Counted from the first letter of the stretch, positions 6,541 to 17,226 are shown. The stretch is 50,403 nucleotides of DNA from a bacterium (GCA_037141675.1 JBAXCC010000002.1:1-50403), one strand, 5' to 3'. The notes: generated by a model not told the origin, from the letters alone. A program made the numbers and translations.

Positions 6541-8853
6541 TTAACGCGTTTCCAGGAAGCCTTCCAGTTTGCGCATACGGGTGGGATGTCTCAGCTTACG
6601 GAGCGCTTTCGCTTCAATCTGACGGATACGTTCACGCGTCACGTTAAACTGCTTGCCAACCTCCTCCAGCGTACGGGAATAACCATCGGTCAAACCGAAG
6701 CGGTAATCCAGCACCTGGCGTTCACGGTCGGCAAGGGTTGTCAGCACTTCCTGCAGACGTTCCTTCAGCATGCTATATGCGGTCATCTCTGAAGGACTCT
6801 CTGCGGACTTATCTTCAATGAAATCGCCGAAATAAGCGTCATCACCGTCGCCAACCGGGCTCTGTAAGGAGATCGGTTGCTGTGCCATGCGGTAAACCGC
6901 GCGCACACGGTCAACGGGAATATCCATTTCTTCTGCGGCTTCTTCAGGCGTCGGTTCACGTCCCAGTTCCTGCACCAACTTCTTTTGGACGCGGAGCAGC
7001 TTGTTGATGGTCTCAATCATGTGAACGGGGATGCGAATCGTGCGGGCTTGGTCTGCGATTGCACGCGTCGCTGCCTGACGAATCCACCATGTGGCATACG
7101 TGCTGAACTTATAGCCACGGCGATATTCGAACTTCTCAACGGCTTTCATTAGACCAGTGTTTCCTTCTTGGATCAGGTCGAGGAATGAAAGGCCACGGTT
7201 CATGTACTTTTTGACAATACTGATCACGAGTCGAAGGTTTGCTTCTACCATCTCAGTACGTGCTTTCTGTCCGTTGCGCAAGATATCGCGCAGGGATTCG
7301 AACTTCGTCATGAACTCTTGCGGGTCCATGGCGAATTCTTGTTCAATCGCGTTAATACGCGTTGAGAGATCCTGGACAATCTGGTCACGCTTCTTCGTCT
7401 GGCGTTGCTTTAATTGCTTCGCCCGTTCGTTCAGCATGCTCTTGTACGGACGGTAGATCTTTTCGTCTGCTTCCGTGCAAAGGCTTTCCAGGATTTTCTG
7501 TTTGAAATTTAAATTGTAAAATACTTCCACCAGGTCATGTCGCGACTTTTCAAGGCCCTTCGTAGCCTTTTTCAGCTTGTCTTCTTTTTTGCCGGCAGAA
7601 CAAACGTCCTCATACGCCTTCAAAAGTTTGGACTTGGCGGTATGGAGGCTCTTCTTGACCTTGTCGACACCTTCCATGTAGGCGTCACGGCTATCGACGA
7701 ACTTGTCAGTGACCACGCGGTCGAAACGTTCGACGCCTGTTTCGAGCCGGTCAATCAATTCGAGATAGAGCCGAGGCGTAAAGCCGAACTGGTTGAACAT
7801 TTCGCGCTCTTTGCTTTCGGCGTATTCAATGCGCTTGCAGATTTCAACTTCCTGTTCGCGTGTCAGCAAAGGCACTTGACCCATCTGATGCAGATACATG
7901 CGTATCGGGTCATCAAAGAAGTCCATCCGGCTGCCACGGCCGGCGCGATTGCCCTCGCTCTCGAGTTCGCTACGGAAACGTTCGACTTCTGAAGCGTCGA
8001 TGATTTCGATATCCATGCCGCGCAAAATAGCCAAGTAGGATTCGATGTCCGTATCGCGGATGAGGGAATTGGGTAGGGCCTCGTTAATATCGTCGTAGGT
8101 TAAATAGCCACCTTGATTTTCTGCACGCTTGATCAACGACTTAATACGCTCGCTACGTTCTTCGCGTTTTGCTTTTGCGTCTGCGGCGTCAGCATCGAGG
8201 ACAAGCTCAGTCTCATAACCGACGGAAAACTCGGTTCCGTCGGCAACCTCAAATCTCATCTCTTCCGAGTCGCTGGTGTCGGGCTCAGCTGTGAACGCAT
8301 CCGCGTCATCGATGATCTCGCCGTCCAGCGCCAAATCGTCATGGTATGGGCGAACGCGTTCGCTCTCCGCAGCTTGATTATAAAGCTCTTCGGCGTCAAA
8401 ATTTAAATCTTCGGCAGTGGGTTCTTCATTCTCCGCCCCCAAATCGAGTTCGCCACCTGGCTTCTTGATCTTTTCTTTGTCGGGAGACACATTCTTAGGG
8501 TTCTTTTTTTTGCCCTTTTCCGCTAAGGTTGCTACCGGCTTACTGGGGGTCGCGATGACGTCGTTTTTTGCTTTAGCTTGTTTCGTCGCATCCTGCTTCT
8601 TGGGTGCAACCGTTGCCTTTGCAGGCTTTGCGATCTTTGCAGGCGCTTTGACGGTTGTTTTTGTCTTGGCGGAAACCTTGACAGTCTTTGCAGGTGGATG
8701 AACAGGCTTCTTCGCCTTGGTTACCGGCTTGGCAGATTTCTTAGTTGCAGGAACGTGAGCCTTTGCAACTGGTTTGTGAATGGGCATGACCTTTTTAACG
8801 GGTTTTTTAGAATCAATCGCCTTCTTCTTTTGAGGTGTCTTTTTTGCTGCCAT
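6541..8853 (-). CDS. rpoD: Primary RNA polymerase sigma factor (sigma-70, RpoD) with a ~135-aa lysine/alanine/proline-rich N-terminal extension
   Basis: 770 aa. Region 2 ([27 protein letters not shown]), region 3, and region 4.2 ([30 protein letters not shown]) are present, plus an acidic region-1.1-like stretch. The N-terminus is [21 protein letters not shown]...[12 protein letters not shown]. Confidence 0.96.
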   Translation of the reverse strand: MAAKKTPQKKKAIDSKKPVKKVMPIHKPVAKAHVPATKKSAKPVTKAKKPVHPPAKTVKVSAKTKTTVKAPAKIAKPAKATVAPKKQDATKQAKAKNDVIATPSKPVATLAEKGKKKNPKNVSPDKEKIKKPGGELDLGAENEEPTAEDLNFDAEELYNQAAESERVRPYHDDLALDGEIIDDADAFTAEPDTSDSEEMRFEVADGTEFSVGYETELVLDADAADAKAKREERSERIKSLIKRAENQGGYLTYDDINEALPNSLIRDTDIESYLAILRGMDIEIIDASEVERFRSELESEGNRAGRGSRMDFFDDPIRMYLHQMGQVPLLTREQEVEICKRIEYAESKEREMFNQFGFTPRLYLELIDRLETGVERFDRVVTDKFVDSRDAYMEGVDKVKKSLHTAKSKLLKAYEDVCSAGKKEDKLKKATKGLEKSRHDLVEVFYNLNFKQKILESLCTEADEKIYRPYKSMLNERAKQLKQRQTKKRDQIVQDLSTRINAIEQEFAMDPQEFMTKFESLRDILRNGQKARTEMVEANLRLVISIVKKYMNRGLSFLDLIQEGNTGLMKAVEKFEYRRGYKFSTYATWWIRQAATRAIADQARTIRIPVHMIETINKLLRVQKKLVQELGREPTPEEAAEEMDIPVDRVRAVYRMAQQPISLQSPVGDGDDAYFGDFIEDKSAESPSEMTAYSMLKERLQEVLTTLADRERQVLDYRFGLTDGYSRTLEEVGKQFNVTRERIRQIEAKALRKLRHPTRMRKLEGFLETR

Positions 8854-8948
8854 ACGTGCCCTTTATTCTCGTTTCCTAAAACCAAATAAAAATGACTTTT
8901 GCCAGTTTTCGACAAAGTTCACCTATTATAGAAAGAAAATGGAAACAT

Positions 8949-8977
8949 AATATATCTGTTTTTGGTGGGCAAGTCAA
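8949..8977 (-). promoter_or_regulatory. Putative sigma-70 promoter of rpoD
   Basis: Read on the minus strand: TTGACT (8977-8972), a 17-nt spacer, then TATATT (8954-8949), about 95 nt upstream of the rpoD ATG. Pattern match only. Confidence 0.45.
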
Positions 8978-9163
8978 CGGCCATTGCCTTTTTTCTGATT
9001 TTTTGGGGTGTAGGGGAATTTTGAGGACTTGAGACGCTAGACCAAGGGCGAGGGGTATTGTTGTGTGACGCTGGTGCTTGAAAAAGATCTGCTGTCCGTT
9101 GCCCAAGATGATGCGCTCGAACGGGACCTTCAGGCTGGCAAGCTTCTCGTTCGCCAACGTGCG

Positions 9164-9188
9164 CCAAAACAAACGGGGGGAGCCCCCC
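9164..9188 (-). terminator. Terminator-like GC hairpin plus U-tract on the minus strand, with no obvious upstream gene
   Basis: The minus strand reads GGGGGGCTCCCCCC followed by GTTTGTTTTGG. It lies between the divergent rpoD and GH16 genes. Confidence 0.3.
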
Positions 9189-9320
9189 TGAAAGTCCTCT
9201 ACCTTTTCGCATCTCCTTTGAACTTGATTTATGAGCGAAAACCGTAGAAACTGAGCATGACGTTGGTTCGTTTGCTGGCAGCAGACAGCGAACGTATTTA
9301 ATCAAAAAAAGGGAGAAGGA

Positions 9321-10121
9321 ATGAAGATGAAGAGCTGCTATAGGGGGTTGATGATGATCATGCTTGTTCTGGTTGGCACGATCGCGCAAGGGGTTGAAGA
9401 GCTGTCGAAGCTGCCAGAGGGCAAGTGGAAGTTGCTGTTCAAGGATGAGTTTGATGGGGCGAACAAGGAGTTGGACAAGGCGTGGGATTTCCAGAATGGT
9501 CCGAGCGGGCACATCCTGTGTAGCCGTTGGCGTGAGAACGCGCTGGTCACGAATGGTATCCTGCGGCTACAAGCCAAAAAGGAGACCCGCGGCGGACAGA
9601 GCTGGACTGCGGCGAGTATGTGGACCCAGAACAAGTTCAAGTATGGTTATTTCGAATGTCGTTATAAATATGCCAAGGCCAAGGGCACGAATAATTCGTT
9701 CTGGCTTATGACACGGGATCGCGCTGAAGCCAAGGCACAAGGCGCTAAGGATGTTGACGCCATTGACGGACAATTTGAGATCGACATCAACGAGGGGCAC
9801 TATCCAGACGAGATCAATATGAACATTCATAATTGGTCGGGAAAGCATTGGGCCAAAAGCAAAGAAAAGAAAGCGGATGGGGCTAATCTCGCGGATACGT
9901 TTCACACCTATGGTCTCGAATGGAACAAGGATGAACTCATCTGGTTCTTTGATGGCAAAGAGATCCGCCGGGAGAAGAATACGATCTGCCACAAGCCCGC
10001 TCCTGTCTGGCTGAGCCTCGCGATCATCAAGTGGGCCGGGCCTGTTTCAGATGCCATCGATGGGACGTCCATGGACGTCGACTACGTCCGCGTCTATCAG
10101 AAGGAATCAGCAGGACAATGA
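9321..10121 (+). CDS. Secreted glycoside hydrolase family 16 (beta-glucanase/laminarinase-like)
   Basis: Signal peptide (MKMKSCYRGLMMIMLVLVGTIAQG). GH16 catalytic motif EIDINE (ExDxxE, 9776-9793). Typical jelly-roll blocks are present (WTAASMWT, FKYGYFECRYK, NNSFWLM, HTYGLEW, VDYVRVY). Confidence 0.9.
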   Translation: MKMKSCYRGLMMIMLVLVGTIAQGVEELSKLPEGKWKLLFKDEFDGANKELDKAWDFQNGPSGHILCSRWRENALVTNGILRLQAKKETRGGQSWTAASMWTQNKFKYGYFECRYKYAKAKGTNNSFWLMTRDRAEAKAQGAKDVDAIDGQFEIDINEGHYPDEINMNIHNWSGKHWAKSKEKKADGANLADTFHTYGLEWNKDELIWFFDGKEIRREKNTICHKPAPVWLSLAIIKWAGPVSDAIDGTSMDVDYVRVYQKESAGQ

Positions 10122-10231
10122 CGCACAGGCTGTATTTATTACCACGAAACACAAAAAATAACAGATTCAACGCGTTCCTCTTCTGTGAGCTCGACGCCAC
10201 GGTGTGAAATATATTTTTCAAAACCCAAGCG

Positions 10232-10261
10232 TTGTCAGGGGGGAGAGAGATGTGATATAAT
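10232..10261 (+). promoter_or_regulatory. Putative extended -10 promoter for the methyltransferase operon
   Basis: TTGTCA (10232-10237), 18-nt spacer, then TGATATAAT (10253-10261, TGn + TATAAT). Pattern match only. Confidence 0.4.
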
Positions 10262-10382
10262 AAGACACTACGGAAATTAGGAGTTGAGCGTTAAAACGCT
10301 TAACGATGAACTCTGAAAGCCTAGCTTTTAACGCTGAAGTTATAGGCAGGCATGGACAGAAACGTATGAAAGAATATGAATA

Positions 10383-11273
10383 ATGCTCGAACACGAAATC
10401 AGACTTATCCGTGACCTTGTCGAGGCAGGCGGACCTCAGCCTTCGCAGTATCCATTCGTTCACATTTGGTTCCACGATATCATGCAACGTTATCGTCTGG
10501 GAGAGATCACGGCGGAGGATATTGACGCGCTAAGGGCATCCTTCGGCGAGGAGGTCTCGCTAAACACCATGCAGGGGTTCGTTGCCCGGAAGCCCCATGG
10601 TTATCATGGGGATTTTGAGGTTATAGACCGAATCTACACGCAATGGATATCTCCTGATCCAAAGCTTGCAAACTGGGATCTGTTCTTCCATTTGTGTGAT
10701 GCATCAACGGCTGTGCGCAATCGGAAGGATTTCCTGCATGCTGTTTTAGACAGCATGAAGAAGACCATCCCAGATCGAGATCTGAGCGTACTCTCTGTTG
10801 GGTGTGGACCCGGCCGCGATGTTGCCGAGTACCTCACGGCGGACAAAACGGGACGTTTTTATTTCACCTGTCTGGATCAAGACGCGCGTGCGATCGCGCA
10901 TGCACAGGCGCTCTGCGAACCATGGGCAGACCATGTGTCGTTTATCAAGACGGATGTCATTCGCCGCCTGCCTACGGAGACCTTCGATCTCGTCTGGGCG
11001 GCAGGGCTCTTTGACTACTTCTCCGACCGGATCGTTGTCTTGATGTTGAGGCGCCTTGCCAAACGCGTGCGCCCTGGTGGACAATTGATTGTCGGAAACT
11101 TCGGGCCTGAAAACTCCAGCCGCGATTACATGGAATTTGGAGGCTGGTATCTCATTCACCGGACACCGGCAGAACTGCTGACGCTTGCAATACAAGCCGG
11201 GCTACCGGAAGGAGCCTGTGTTGTCCGATCCGAATGCCAGGGGGTGAATCTTTTCCTCGAGGTGAAGTGTTAA
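10383..11273 (+). CDS. Class I SAM-dependent methyltransferase
   Basis: Motif I VLSVGCGPGRD, followed by an acidic loop (CLDQD) and the DLVWAAGLFDY block. The substrate is unknown. The start is uncertain because no clear SD precedes 10383. Confidence 0.8.
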   Translation: MLEHEIRLIRDLVEAGGPQPSQYPFVHIWFHDIMQRYRLGEITAEDIDALRASFGEEVSLNTMQGFVARKPHGYHGDFEVIDRIYTQWISPDPKLANWDLFFHLCDASTAVRNRKDFLHAVLDSMKKTIPDRDLSVLSVGCGPGRDVAEYLTADKTGRFYFTCLDQDARAIAHAQALCEPWADHVSFIKTDVIRRLPTETFDLVWAAGLFDYFSDRIVVLMLRRLAKRVRPGGQLIVGNFGPENSSRDYMEFGGWYLIHRTPAELLTLAIQAGLPEGACVVRSECQGVNLFLEVKC

Positions 11274-11274
11274 G

Positions 11275-11637
11275 ATGCGAAAAGGAGCGATAGGCCTCGT
11301 GACGATTATCCTGCTGGCAGGGTTTGCAATTCTGATGGAGGGCTGTGCCAGCACGCATATTAGACATCTCTCAGGAGATGCGTTCCTTGAACAGGCAAAG
11401 CAAACGGAGCAACTCGGTAGCTTCCAGTGGACAAGCTACATCGGGAAGGGTGGCGATCGAGTCTATTTGGAATATGGTCATCCGGCATACATTGGAGATG
11501 GCATGCGCGTCACTGTTTACTGGACAACATTAGCCGAACTCCCGTCGGCCATTGCCGAGCAGATCAAGCAAGGCCAGCGCCCCTGGAAAAATGTACTCGA
11601 CGAACAGAGCCGGTCGGCGAGAGGGACAAACAAATAA
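11275..11637 (+). CDS. Small exported protein or possible lipoprotein, function unknown
   Basis: N-terminal hydrophobic signal ending ...ILMEGCAS (weak lipobox). It starts 1 nt after the methyltransferase stop. No recognisable domain. Confidence 0.55.
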   Translation: MRKGAIGLVTIILLAGFAILMEGCASTHIRHLSGDAFLEQAKQTEQLGSFQWTSYIGKGGDRVYLEYGHPAYIGDGMRVTVYWTTLAELPSAIAEQIKQGQRPWKNVLDEQSRSARGTNK

Positions 11638-11647
11638 GGAGAGGATT

Positions 11648-11890
11648 ATGGCAAAGAAAGAGGATGTCTCCATTGGATTTGAGCAGGCGTTGAAACGCTT
11701 AGAGGAGATCGTTGCAAGCATGGAGTCCGGCACGCTAGATTTAGATAAGATGATCGCCACGTTTGAAGAGGGTCAGCACTTGTTGAAATTCTGTTCTGGG
11801 AAGCTGGATGAGGTTGAGAAGAAGATAGAGAAAATTGTAAAGGATAGCTCCGGGGCTGTGGGTGTCGAACCCTTTTCAATCGGGCAATAA
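11648..11890 (+). CDS. xseB: Exodeoxyribonuclease VII small subunit
   Basis: 80 aa (MAKKEDVSIGFEQALKRLEEIVASMESGTLDLDKMIATFEEGQHLLKFCSGKLDEVEKKIE), the classic XseB pattern. ATG at 11648 is preceded by GGAGAGGA. The ORF-track start at 11552 overlaps the upstream gene. Confidence 0.9.
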   Translation: MAKKEDVSIGFEQALKRLEEIVASMESGTLDLDKMIATFEEGQHLLKFCSGKLDEVEKKIEKIVKDSSGAVGVEPFSIGQ

Positions 11891-11894
11891 TCGC

Positions 11895-12761
11895 ATGAAT
11901 ACATCGCTTTTGAAGAAGGACCATGATTTCCTGGTCGGAATTGATTCGGACGGTTGCGTGTTTGACTCCATGCGCGTAAAGCAGTGCATCCATTTTCATC
12001 CTATCATCATTAAGTTTTGGGGACTCGAGGCTTTTGAAGGCCCGTTGCGGGCCTGTGCGGAATTTGTAAATCTCAATTCGAAGTCGCGTGGCAGCAATCG
12101 TTTTGCGGCGCTTGTCCGAGTGTTTGAATTACTGAAGGCCTATCCCGGTATACGGACTAACGATATTGATTTTCCTGATTTTGCGGCGCTTAAGACCTAC
12201 TTGGCCTCAGGCGTCCCGCTGGGCAATCCGACGTTGAAAGAGGCTGTGGCGAAAACGGGTGATCCCGAGTTGCAGCGCGTGTATGCTTGGAGCTTAGCAG
12301 TCAATGAAGAGATCAACACGAACATGAAGCCGATCCCGCCCTTTCCTGGCGCGGTGAAGGCTCTCCGGTTGATGCAGGATACCAGTGATGTCGTTGTGAT
12401 TTCCCAAACACCGGAGGATGCTTTGGTGCGCGAATGGGCGACGCACAGTATTCGTGATTATGCAGGCATGGTGGCTGGACTTGAGTTTGGAACAAAGGCG
12501 GAGCAGATCCGTGCGGCATCCGAAGGGCGTTATTGCCCTTCACGCATGTTGATGATTGGCGATGCAGTGGGCGACCAGAAGGCTGCGCAGGAGACGGGCA
12601 TTCTTTTCTTCCCGATTATGCCGGATCATGAGGAGACCTCGTGGGAGCGTTTCTGTTCCGAAGCCTATCCGCGTTTCTTGGCCGGCACGTTTGCCGGGGC
12701 GTATGCAGACTCGTTGGCTGCGGAGTTCCATGGCGCGCTTCCGGAGTCGCCCAGTTGGTAA
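11895..12761 (+). CDS. HAD-superfamily hydrolase (phosphatase-like)
   Basis: Motif I FLVGIDSDGCVFD (DxD), later VVVISQTP and MIGDAVGDQKAA (motif IV). ATG at 11895 is chosen because the 11862 start overlaps the end of xseB. Confidence 0.75.
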   Translation: MNTSLLKKDHDFLVGIDSDGCVFDSMRVKQCIHFHPIIIKFWGLEAFEGPLRACAEFVNLNSKSRGSNRFAALVRVFELLKAYPGIRTNDIDFPDFAALKTYLASGVPLGNPTLKEAVAKTGDPELQRVYAWSLAVNEEINTNMKPIPPFPGAVKALRLMQDTSDVVVISQTPEDALVREWATHSIRDYAGMVAGLEFGTKAEQIRAASEGRYCPSRMLMIGDAVGDQKAAQETGILFFPIMPDHEETSWERFCSEAYPRFLAGTFAGAYADSLAAEFHGALPESPSW

Positions 12762-12770
12762 TCACAAAAT

Positions 12771-15149
12771 ATGAAACCTGAATTATTAGCGCCTGCGGGT
12801 GGGTATGATGCCGCTCTCGCCGCATTCCAGTATGGTGCGGATGCCGTGTATGTTGGCTTGCCCCTGTTTTCGGCCCGCGCGGATGCGGATAACATGACCC
12901 CTGAACGGTTGCGCGTCTTGCTGGCATACGCGCGGTCGTTTAAGCCTGCCAAAAGAGTTTATGTCACCTTTAACACCCTTGTACCTGATGCGGATATGCC
13001 GACTGTGGTAGCGCTGCTGGAGCAGCTTGATGAGTTGGCGCCAGATGGCGTGATCGTGCAGGACTTGGGCGTGGCGCGGCTCATGCGCGACTATTTTCCA
13101 TCCCTCGAGATGCATGCCAGTACGCAACTGGCGGCGCACAACTTAGATGGCGTGTTAGCGCTGAAGGAACTCGGCTTCCGGCGCATTGTTTTAGCGCGCG
13201 AATTAAGTTGTGAAGAGATCAAAGAGCTGGTTGAAAAGAGTGGCGTGGAAATTGAAGTTTTCATCCATGGCGCGCTTTGTTACAGCACGAGTGGACTCTG
13301 TCTGTTTTCTGCGCGAATGCATGATCGCAGCGGCAACCGTGGACGTTGCGCCTATTGTTGCCGCGAAGGTTTTTCCTGCGACAGTGAAAAGGGCGTGCGG
13401 TATCCCTTCTCCATGAAAGATCTCGCACTTGCGTCCATGCTCAACAAGGTGGTGGCTACGGGTGCGCATTCCTTGAAGATTGAAGGCCGAATGAAGAGTC
13501 CGCTCTATGTGGCCTGCGTGAGCGATTATTATCGTAAAAAACTGGATGGAACATTGTCTGCGTCAGCAGAGTGGCAGATGGTTCAAGACTTGCAGACCGT
13601 CTTTAGCCGTCCGTGGACAACGCTTTATGCAGGGGGCCGCACAGCACCGAAGGAAACGATTATCGACCCTGTTTCCGTTGGTCACCGTGGCGCATTGATC
13701 GGCCACTCGGAGGCAGTCGTGCAAGACGGTCATGGCGTCCGTTGGTTGCGTTTTAAGACGAACCGCGCATTGGAAAAACATGACGGTATACAAGTCGAGC
13801 TTCCCGGGGGCGGCAAACCTTTTGGCTTTGCTGTTCATCAGTTGCGGATTATGGGGAGTGAACGCTCGGTTATCACCGCGCCAGCGGGGGGCACGGTCGA
13901 GATTGCAATGCCTGCGGAAGAGAATCCTTTTATACCGCGTGGAACCTCCATTTTTTGTTCGGCATCGCAAGCGGTACGCCGCGCGTATGAGCTCCATTCG
14001 TTGCGGGAATCTGAACTGACGATCGGGGCGACCGTTGATTTTGCCATTGCGTTAAATGCAGAGGGGATCAAGGTTTCAGCGAGGGTGCCCTACGTGGCGA
14101 CCTGTGAGCCAATCGATGTATGTATTCCCCTGGCATTGGGAAAAGCGCAACAGCCTGAACGCACAGAAGGTGCCGTGCGCAAGGCTTTTGAACGTCTGGG
14201 TGAATCAGCGTGGTCGCTAGGACGGCTGACGATAAGCGACCCTGAAGGACTGTATGCGCCGGCATCGAAGCTGAATGAGGCCCGTCGCCTGGCGCTTGCC
14301 GCGCTGGACGAGACCTGGGCGCGCATGCGGTCGGAGCGTCTGGCACGTATTACGCACGAGCTTGAGCAGGTGGTGCGTTCGAAGATGGTAGTAGCGGCCG
14401 GCGCTGATGTCTGCCCGTCTGAGAGGGGCCGGACGCTCAAGGTGCGCTGTTCGAGTAAGAACGCCTTTAATTCGGAGCAGATGCAACAGATTCGTACGAT
14501 GTTTGATACGCTTGTCCTTCTGCTCGAACATGTCTCCGGCGATGTGATGAAGGAATGGATTGAGGCGTGGAAGTCGGATTGTCCTGGGCTGAAGATTCGA
14601 CTGGCAATGCCGCTTGTCTCACGTGAGAAGGAACGGCATGGGTTAAAAGAGGCTGTTCGAGAGCTGATAAACGCGGGTTGGACCTCATGGGAATGCGCTG
14701 ATCTGGCGGGTGGACATTTTCTCGCCGAAAACGGGATCACTGCGATCACCGCTGACTGGAGCTTATATGCATTCAACCGTGTTGCGGTTGCAGAACTTGC
14801 GAGGCTGGGCATCACATCCTTTGTCGTCTCCCCGGAGTGTGATCTGCCGAACACCTGTGCCTTGGCAATAGCTCCGCTGCAGGCCGAAGTGTTGATTTAT
14901 CAGCATGTGCCGCTCTTCATCTCTGAGACGCCTCCTTGCGTGGAAGATGTCATGGCGGGGGAGGATATTGTCTTCACGGACAAGAGGGGCAACGCGTTTA
15001 TCACGCAGCAGTGTGATAAACGATGGATTACGACATCCTCTACTCCGTTAGACCGTTTCGGCGAGGAGTCTGGCTTGCCATTTTCGCGCACGCGTGTTGA
15101 CCTGTCCTGGTCACCCAGAGGAGGGCGTGACTGGTTAAGGCATGTTTAG
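12771..15149 (+). CDS. Long U32-family (collagenase-like/PrtC) Fe-S protein
   Basis: 792 aa. N-terminal U32 signature MKPELLAPAGGYDAALAAFQYGADAVYVG and E..VFIHGALCYS. Four-Cys cluster CYSTSGLC-x15-CAYCC (13278-13361). A second TIM-barrel-like region lies in the C-terminal third. Confidence 0.85.
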   Translation: MKPELLAPAGGYDAALAAFQYGADAVYVGLPLFSARADADNMTPERLRVLLAYARSFKPAKRVYVTFNTLVPDADMPTVVALLEQLDELAPDGVIVQDLGVARLMRDYFPSLEMHASTQLAAHNLDGVLALKELGFRRIVLARELSCEEIKELVEKSGVEIEVFIHGALCYSTSGLCLFSARMHDRSGNRGRCAYCCREGFSCDSEKGVRYPFSMKDLALASMLNKVVATGAHSLKIEGRMKSPLYVACVSDYYRKKLDGTLSASAEWQMVQDLQTVFSRPWTTLYAGGRTAPKETIIDPVSVGHRGALIGHSEAVVQDGHGVRWLRFKTNRALEKHDGIQVELPGGGKPFGFAVHQLRIMGSERSVITAPAGGTVEIAMPAEENPFIPRGTSIFCSASQAVRRAYELHSLRESELTIGATVDFAIALNAEGIKVSARVPYVATCEPIDVCIPLALGKAQQPERTEGAVRKAFERLGESAWSLGRLTISDPEGLYAPASKLNEARRLALAALDETWARMRSERLARITHELEQVVRSKMVVAAGADVCPSERGRTLKVRCSSKNAFNSEQMQQIRTMFDTLVLLLEHVSGDVMKEWIEAWKSDCPGLKIRLAMPLVSREKERHGLKEAVRELINAGWTSWECADLAGGHFLAENGITAITADWSLYAFNRVAVAELARLGITSFVVSPECDLPNTCALAIAPLQAEVLIYQHVPLFISETPPCVEDVMAGEDIVFTDKRGNAFITQQCDKRWITTSSTPLDRFGEESGLPFSRTRVDLSWSPRGGRDWLRHV

Positions 15150-15266
15150 GGGTAACTACCCAAAAAAAATGACCTTCGAAGGGGGATTCAGCTTGACCCT
15201 TTCAATGAAATAGGACAAAATACAAACATTCTGCACTAGTTTAGTGTGGTTTTGGCGTTTATTTAA

Positions 15267-16304
<1,038 letters not shown>

Positions 16305-16371
16305 GTGTCCTTAATCGTCCTGCGGAGAGCGCTTCGGTCGTAAGCCGTTATATGACGGTGGAGCGTGCCGG

Positions 16372-17226
16372 GTGAAGTCGAAATTGTGGATTATTTTGCT
16401 GGTAGTCTCGCTTGGAGCCTTTGTGTTCCTGCGTAGCGGCGTACGCATGTTTGCAAGCGAGACCCTTTATCCCTTCTCAAACGCCTATCTCTGGCTTGAC
16501 CAGACCGTGGGACTTCATGTGCGTGCTGCATTCACACGTGTGAATTATGCATCCCGTTATGCCAAGCAGGAGCGGGAATTGACGCGTCTTCAAGTCATGT
16601 TCGCCGAAGCGGAAACCCGCGAGGCGGAAGTCAAACATTTACGAACACTTCTGGAGTATGCCCCACCCGTGTCATGCCGTTGGATGGCGGCTCCTGTTAT
16701 TTCACGCGGGGGGACCGCAGGCATTTGGCAATCCGTCCGTATTGGGAAGGGGTCTGTTCATGGGGTGCGCAGAGGCGACCTGGTGATGGTGCCAGAGGGC
16801 GTTGTCGGACGCGTATCGGACGTCTCGTTACATACCAGCGAGGTCATGCTCATTACGGATCCGAACAGTCGTGTGGCGTGCGAATTAGATTTGCCTTCAG
16901 AGGAGGGCACGGGGATTGTCCGAGGCATTCTGTATGGTGGCGGAGTCCGTCCGGGCGGGAATCCGAAGCTGACGCTATTGTATGTGGTCGAGCCTTTGCG
17001 ATTGCGCTTTATGGCGCGTGAATTTGAACCTGCTCCTCGGACGCGTGTCATCACATCCGGGCTGGGCAATACCTTTCCTAAAGGGTTGACCGTCGGTTAT
17101 GTGCTTTCAAGTATGATGGAGCCTCAGAACCTCTCGCGTGAGGCCGAGGTCATGCCTGCTGTAGACATGGCTGCGTTACATGATGTCTTTATCTTGGCGG
17201 CAAGGGAGGGTCAGCATGCTCCCTGA
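16372..17226 (+). CDS. mreC: Rod-shape-determining protein MreC
   Basis: GTG start, N-terminal TM helix, coiled-coil segment, then the beta-rich MreC core (GDLVMVPEGVVGRVSDVSLHTSEVMLITDPNS, VITSGLGNTFPKGLTVG). Located after mreB. Confidence 0.9.
   Translation: MKSKLWIILLVVSLGAFVFLRSGVRMFASETLYPFSNAYLWLDQTVGLHVRAAFTRVNYASRYAKQERELTRLQVMFAEAETREAEVKHLRTLLEYAPPVSCRWMAAPVISRGGTAGIWQSVRIGKGSVHGVRRGDLVMVPEGVVGRVSDVSLHTSEVMLITDPNSRVACELDLPSEEGTGIVRGILYGGGVRPGGNPKLTLLYVVEPLRLRFMAREFEPAPRTRVITSGLGNTFPKGLTVGYVLSSMMEPQNLSREAEVMPAVDMAALHDVFILAAREGQHAP

Noticed and set aside
9065-9247. 60-aa plus-strand ORF (GTG start) in the rpoD/GH16 intergenic region
   Set aside because: No SD and no motif, and it runs through the G6/C6 hairpin. 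It cannot be supported from sequence alone.
8919-9512. 197-aa minus-strand ORF spanning the rpoD-GH16 intergenic region and the GH16 5' end
   Set aside because: It overlaps the GH16 signal-peptide region antisense and runs through the predicted rpoD promoter. It has low-complexity Pro/Leu/Gln composition and no recognisable domain.
14090-14854. 254-aa minus-strand ORF inside the U32 gene. Similar long antisense ORFs occur at 21297-21944, 28587-29201, 43070-43540, 43727-44203, 47408-47962 and 48517-48993.
   Set aside because: All lie fully within strong sense-strand genes. All have Ser/Arg/Ala-rich shadow composition, with no motifs and no SD/start context.
15150-15172. GGGGTAACTACCC plus an A8 run after the U32 stop. 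The same GGGGTAACTAC 11-mer recurs at 31093-31105.
   Set aside because: The stem is only 4 bp and is followed by A rather than T, so it is not a plus-strand terminator. On the minus strand the T-run precedes the stem. A shared 11-mer is expected by chance many times in 50 kb.
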